From NCBI RefSeq assembly GCF_964194025.1, contig NC_134474.1, positions 60,264,001-60,328,000 on the forward strand: a stretch of 64,000 nucleotides of DNA, given 5' to 3'. A model generated the notes under the pieces. That model saw only the letters and a list, made by a program, of their open reading frames with translations, was not told the DNA's origin and ran no database searches. Below are positions 63,141 to 64,000 of this stretch, piece after piece. The position numbers and the translations under genes are program-made. Each line of letters opens with the position of its first letter. Within the stretch, counting starts at the first letter, position 1. This DNA is from Convolutriloba macropyga. Its lineage: Eukaryota.

Positions 63141-64000
63141 TTAATCGTGTTCAAACGCCTCAATCAGCGGTACAAGAAACTTTGCAATTGATGTTCTGAA
63201 GAACAAAAGTTTATTGGATATAAGTTTTTGATTGAAAGTGATCAACTCGGAACTTTCCTCAACAAGAAGAAAAGAGTATATTTGATGAGTTGAACCAAGT
63301 GGGGATGAACGAGACACAACAACTTTGAAACGTTCCACAGATGCGTAATCTTCGCCTTTTTCCGAATAAAACATTCGTAATTTTCCACAGATGATTTCTC
63401 CTCTATAAAAAGCTGCCACATAAGAATCTTTACCGTTAGTTGAAATGTCAAAAACGAAATTTTTCCATTTCAAGTTTCGATAAAACTGGCGTTCATTTTT
63501 TCTGAGGTCCTCTGGAACGTCAGTGTTCGGGATGCTGATGTGCTTGAAAACTTTAACGGCTCGCATTTTTTTACAAAACTCTGACAATTGGTCATTGACA
63601 ATTGGGGAACGCCAAGCTGCTTTGTTTCTGTGATATCTCTCTACTAAAAGAGGCAGATGATTGACAGTACCAGAGAACTTCGAGCTCAAAAGATAATTAG
63701 CAGACTCGAACATCATACTGGACGTTGTCCAAAGGGGCCCAAAGTTACGCACTTGCCATGTGAGATGAGTCAGGGCATGCATATTAGCAGAAAAAACGGT
63801 TTCTGTGTACTCCAGTTTCGTGTCTTCCAGAAATCGATTAATCTGTTTCTCTGCTTCATTGCAAAAACTTGTGTCTAACATTAATAGTCGAATTGCGTAA
63901 CTAAGTAAACAAAATCTATTGGCTCTCGTTTCATTAATTGTTTCGCTGAAAAGTGCTGGACCGATATATAACAACCAAACTTTCAACTCATTTGCCTTGA
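63141..64000 (-). CDS. CACTA/EnSpm-Mirage superfamily transposase, C-terminal part (runs off the window)
   Basis: Open 281+ aa frame with ELKVWLLYIGP and NMHALTHLTWQVRNFGPLWTTSSMMFESAN (HxLxH...GPLW..S..FES.N motif). Confidence 0.85.
   Translation of the reverse strand, partial: KANELKVWLLYIGPALFSETINETRANRFCLLSYAIRLLMLDTSFCNEAEKQINRFLEDTKLEYTETVFSANMHALTHLTWQVRNFGPLWTTSSMMFESANYLLSSKFSGTVNHLPLLVERYHRNKAAWRSPIVNDQLSEFCKKMRAVKVFKHISIPNTDVPEDLRKNERQFYRNLKWKNFVFDISTNGKDSYVAAFYRGEIICGKLRMFYSEKGEDYASVERFKVVVSRSSPLGSTHQIYSFLLVEESSELITFNQKLISNKLLFFRTSIAKFLVPLIEAFEHD

Overview
AT-rich animal (probably invertebrate) genomic DNA made almost entirely of nested, mostly decayed transposable elements, with one N gap (23953-24470). 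The only host-gene signal is one exon of a class A (aminergic-like) GPCR at 7696-7923 (-). Positions 1-24 kb hold a 2.6-kb tandem duplication, a near-identical 3x853-bp tandem array, several CR1/L2-clade LINE fragments (including a near-full-length copy joined to an inverted second copy), MITE-like foldbacks, and a Penelope-like element whose 3' region carries a minimal hammerhead-like motif. The centre is a ~24-kb Polinton/Maverick (29751-53861) with AGTAGT termini and ~800-bp TIRs. It encodes pPolB, rve integrase, packaging ATPase, major and minor capsid proteins, a PW-like small protein and an adenain-type protease, and has internal duplications. It is inserted in the integrase of a Ty3/gypsy element that carries a class I fusion (F-like) env and possibly a second membrane-protein gene. 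The most unusual observations are (i) an initiator-Met tRNA-like gene abutting the inner edge of the Polinton left TIR, and (ii) a rearranged right end where a left-type TIR end plus an inverted copy of the left flank looks like a fossil TIR-to-TIR template switch. The window ends in a CACTA/Mirage-like DNA transposon. All calls are by eye, without database searches, and boundaries of degraded ORFs are approximate.
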